From positions 1-32,643 of the forward strand of contig JAHFUH010000011.1 in NCBI GenBank assembly GCA_023265215.1: DNA of 32,643 nt, written 5' to 3'. A program made the translations under genes and the position numbers. This DNA is from Acidobacteriota bacterium. GTDB taxonomy: Bacteria; Acidobacteriota; UBA6911. Of this stretch, positions 30,799 through 32,643 are shown piece after piece. How positions within the stretch are numbered: position 1 is the first letter of the stretch; each line of letters starts with the position of its first letter. Below the pieces are notes generated by a model, which worked only from the letters and a program-made list of their open reading frames with translations, searched no databases and had not been told where the DNA came from.

Positions 30799-32607
30799 CT
30801 ACAAAATCCCGTAGTGGTCCAGTTTTTTTCGGAGAGTCACGCGGCTTAGGTTGAGAAGATCTGCCAGTTCCCTTTGGCTGTATTGACTCGATTCCACAAG
30901 GTAACGCAGGAGAGTTTCCTCGACTGTTTCTATCAGGGTGTCCCGAATCCCTGCTGGATTGCTTCGTCCTGCAAGAAACCGGATAACCGCCTGGCGAAGC
31001 TCCGATTTGGGATCCAGGGCGGCGCTCGAATCAGCGATCGCGGGAGACGGAGGAGTACTTTCCCGGATTTCCTCAGGAAGGAGATCGAGAGAGACAGTGT
31101 TGTCGGGACTCATCACGACGGCGCGTTCAATGCAGTTTTCCAGTTCCCGAACATTTCCGGGCCAGGAATGTGCCAGCAGGGCGTCCAAAGTTTCTCGCGG
31201 CACGACCGTGACCTGGCGGCCGGCTTCCCGGTTGTATTTTTCCAGGAAATGGTCCACCAGCAGCGGGATGTCTTCACGGCGCTCGCTCAGCGGAGGGAGT
31301 TGGATGGGGATTACGTTCAGCCGGTAAAACAGATCATGCCGGAACCTTCCGGCTTTGATTTCAGAGCGCAGGTCACGGCCGGTTGCAGCCACGATGCGGA
31401 CGTCCACAGCCAGGGTCCGGCTTGACCCTACCGGCTCCAGCTGGCGCTCCTGCAGGACCCGAAGAAGCTTCACCTGCAGCCGCGGGCTCATTTCGCTGAC
31501 TTCGTCCAGGAAAAGGGTGCCGCCTTCGGCAGCCCTGAACCTGCCTTCGTAATCGCGCACTGCCCCGGTAAATGCGCCTTTCACGTGGCCGAACAGCTCT
31601 GTTTCGAGCAGCGTTTCAGGCAAAGCGCCGCAATTGACCTTAACCAGCGGGCCGGCGGCGCGGTCGCTGTTGTAGTGCACGACATTCGCGATCAGTTCTT
31701 TGCCTGTGCCGGTCTCTCCAGTTATCAGCACCGAGGATCGGGACCGGGCAGCAGTTGCCGCCACGCCAAGCAGGCGCCGGATAGCCGCGCTGCCGCCGAC
31801 AATGCTGTCGACGCGATAGGTCCGGCGCAGTTCTTCTCCCCTCCGGGTCAGCCGGTCGAGGTCCCGGACTTCGATCATCTCGCCGTCCTGCGCAACGAAT
31901 CCCTCGTCAAGATCCAGCGGCTGCGGCACGCCTATCGCCGCGCTTCGTCCCGCGGCCTTGTGCACGGTAAGGGCGCGCTGCCCGTTCGAGAGCGAAATTT
32001 CCATAACAACCTGGGTAATGTGCCGCACCTTAGCCAGAAATGCTTCGCTGTGGGCTTGGGTTTCGATCAGCCAGTAAGCAAGAGTGGAAAGGTCGTACAG
32101 CCTGGGGCAGAGATGGCCGAACAGGCGCACAATCCTGTTTTCGTCCCCCCAGAGATCCAGCATACCGGTAAGGGAGTCAAAAACGTAGTTCGCCGATTGG
32201 CCGCCGCGCGTCCCCACTTCAATCAAAGCCTGCTCAAGACGGGAAGGGTCGGCGGGATCGGCAATGTGGACGGGGGCATGAACGGCGTCGCGCACAGGAT
32301 CGTCGAAAAATTTCAGGAACATCTCGTCGGAGTTGCCTTTGCCGGACGAAAAACAGTCAATCAGCGAAAACCGCCCGGGGGACATAAGCTTGGCATACTT
32401 CGATGCGATCGTTTGAGGCGAGCGGTTGAAGCTTACATAAACGACCGGAACGTTCCCCTTTTCGCATGCGGCAACGAAACGTGAAATAAAATGATCTCCC
32501 GCCACGCCGGAATCAATTTCCCACACGAGGTTATCGCCTGCGATCACCCCGCCGATGGCTTTATCCACTTCCGGTATGCCGGTTGTAGGCTTGATCTTAG
32601 CTGGCAT
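30799..32607 (-). CDS. sigma-54-dependent Fis-family transcriptional activator with an N-terminal degenerate KaiC/RecA-like domain
   Basis: AAA+ core: VLITGETGTGKE (Walker A), GAFTGA, GGTLFLDEV (Walker B). C-terminal HTH: SQRELADLLNLSRVTLRKKL. The N-terminal 230 aa or so follow the KaiC/RadA pattern (TGIPEVDKAIGG, VVYVSF, YVFDSLTGML, ALTVHKAAGRS), but DSGVAGDH stands where the P-loop GxxGxGKT would be. Confidence 0.9.
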   Translation of the reverse strand: MPAKIKPTTGIPEVDKAIGGVIAGDNLVWEIDSGVAGDHFISRFVAACEKGNVPVVYVSFNRSPQTIASKYAKLMSPGRFSLIDCFSSGKGNSDEMFLKFFDDPVRDAVHAPVHIADPADPSRLEQALIEVGTRGGQSANYVFDSLTGMLDLWGDENRIVRLFGHLCPRLYDLSTLAYWLIETQAHSEAFLAKVRHITQVVMEISLSNGQRALTVHKAAGRSAAIGVPQPLDLDEGFVAQDGEMIEVRDLDRLTRRGEELRRTYRVDSIVGGSAAIRRLLGVAATAARSRSSVLITGETGTGKELIANVVHYNSDRAAGPLVKVNCGALPETLLETELFGHVKGAFTGAVRDYEGRFRAAEGGTLFLDEVSEMSPRLQVKLLRVLQERQLEPVGSSRTLAVDVRIVAATGRDLRSEIKAGRFRHDLFYRLNVIPIQLPPLSERREDIPLLVDHFLEKYNREAGRQVTVVPRETLDALLAHSWPGNVRELENCIERAVVMSPDNTVSLDLLPEEIRESTPPSPAIADSSAALDPKSELRQAVIRFLAGRSNPAGIRDTLIETVEETLLRYLVESSQYSQRELADLLNLSRVTLRKKLDHYGIL

Positions 32608-32643
32608 GCGTTCATGTTAAAGCCCGCGCCTGAGGAATTCAAC

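Noticed and set aside
1-32643. I looked for tRNA, rRNA, transposase, integrase, phage or toxin-antitoxin genes.
   Set aside because: I saw no cloverleaf-compatible sequence in the non-coding gaps and no ORF with DDE, tyrosine-recombinase or serine-recombinase motifs. A tRNAscan/Infernal run would be the definitive check.

Overview
This is a 32.6 kb densely coding bacterial chromosomal segment with moderately high GC (judged by eye) and two clearly AT-rich gaps. I found no rRNA, tRNA, CRISPR array, transposase or integrase. Bases 1-9100 carry accessory small-molecule and aromatic-type genes: a methyltransferase, two SDRs, a small radical SAM protein, a Tat-exported PaoA-like 2Fe-2S subunit with a PaoB-like FAD subunit but no molybdopterin subunit, UbiX with an LpdD-like protein but no UbiD, an exported methyltransferase, and a secreted tannase/feruloyl-esterase. 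Bases 9100-16900 hold a 680-bp non-coding hairpin island, an iron-sulfur flavoprotein, a membrane-anchored MutS paralogue, WecB, a 430-bp AT-rich gap, a lipoprotein, a duplicated hairpin-plus-RBS cassette enclosing a gene remnant, a ZIP transporter and a cyclophilin. Bases 16900-32607 are the most interesting part and lie entirely on the minus strand. A sigma-54 enhancer-binding protein with a degenerate KaiC/RecA-like N-terminal domain is followed by an AT-rich gap with a near-consensus -24/-12 promoter. About 13.7 kb of apparently co-transcribed genes follow: Cys-rich small protein, MvhD-like, MetF, two GltB FMN-domain paralogues, a GATase-GXGXG fusion, a 1498-aa HdrA-GltD-HdrA fusion, MvhD and MetV. 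HdrB and HdrC are absent. This interleaves a MetFV/MvhD methylene-THF reductase module with a split archaeal-type glutamate synthase around a giant NAD(P)H-linked HdrA protein, and it is my main candidate for an undescribed flavin-based electron-bifurcating system. Almost every intergenic gap also carries hairpins built from tandem 7-12 nt units, in several families. All functional calls come from motif recognition in the translated ORFs; no database search was run.
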